A stretch of DNA of 64,000 nucleotides from Amphiscolops sp. MND2022 (Eukaryota), in NCBI GenBank assembly GCA_964187785.1, contig OZ076409.1:68512001-68576000 (forward strand). The letters run 5' to 3'. A program made the translations under genes and the position numbers. The notes below the pieces were generated by a model, which made no database searches, had not been told where the DNA came from, and was given only the letters and a program-made list of their open reading frames with translations. Positions 63,280 to 64,000 of this stretch are shown here, piece after piece. Position 1 is the first letter of the stretch. Every line of letters starts with the position of its first letter.

Positions 63280-63622
63280 TTTTTAGTCGGCGCTTTTAGC
63301 CGACTATATTACGGTCACTCGGTTTTACAGTCACTTTTACAGTTACTAAGACAGACTCAAAGCGACGAAAGTTAACGTTTTGTCAGCTTGTTCAACTAAA
63401 GGAAACTAAACGAATGCCCGGGAAACGCATCTAAGTTATTCCAAAGGGCCCCCCTTTGGTTTTTTACTTTTTAAAGGTAGCCTACAAAACCGGATGAGTG
63501 TAAAGGGTTTTCCGGCACTGTGCGACTTTTTCTCGAATTTTTTTTGTCTCCAAAGGGTCCCCCGTTCGATTTCATTTGAGCCTTAGATAAAGCGCCGACT
63601 TGAGACGTTCCCGTCTTGTTTT
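63280..63622 (+). mobile_element. Short HINE, family A
   Basis: AGTCGGCGCTTT (63285-63296) / AAAGCGCCGACT (63589-63600), 5' hairpin, 3' stem-loop, CTTGTTTT end. Confidence 0.75.
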
Positions 63623-64000
63623 CAAATGAGGACAAGATAAATCGAAAACGTTAAAAATTAATTCTTTTTTAGCATTCATAAAGTTCATTGGCTCCTCTAC
63701 AGTCTTGAATGTTGATTGCTATTCCATTTCTGGGCGGAAAACATTCCGCTGCTAAGTGTCTTGATTTACATTTTTATGTGTGCAACATATTCGATTGATT
63801 ACCCAGGTGAATGCAAGATATTTCGGAGCTATCGCGAGTCGGAAAACATTGTGAAATCCTCTTTTGCGACCCAGGAAAATTTTTTGTCTCAGATGACTAT
63901 TAGGTATTGCCCATTTTTTTGAGGGAAGCTGTTTGTTTCATTCTGACTCTTTTGAAAAATTTGGGTCAGAGGTCGCAAAAAACGTGGAAGGGTAATTTTT

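Overview
This is AT-rich, repeat-dense eukaryotic (metazoan) genomic DNA, and most short ORFs in the supplied track are noise. The only intact host gene I can support is an intronless DEG/ENaC-family channel (58408-59991, +) with an RFX X-box-like palindrome about 240 bp upstream. The rest is mostly mobile DNA: a degenerate BEL/Pao LTR retrotransposon (-, ~42.7-49.9 kb, tRNA-Trp PBS, anomalous LTR arrangement), several solo-LTR candidates, a CR1/L2-type LINE RT fragment, two IS630-Tc1-mariner transposase relics, TA-flanked MITEs, a ~1.38 kb tandem triplication, tRNA-derived segments, and many non-autonomous Helentron-like (HINE/DINE-1-type) elements in three families. The most unusual item is a decayed, intronless cassette at ~37.8-40.8 kb: a chuvirus-G/class III fusion-like envelope gene followed by a RING-less TRAF (coiled-coil + MATH) gene. 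This suggests an enveloped retroelement or endogenous virus that captured a host immune-signalling adaptor. All family assignments come from motif recognition by eye; no database searches were run.
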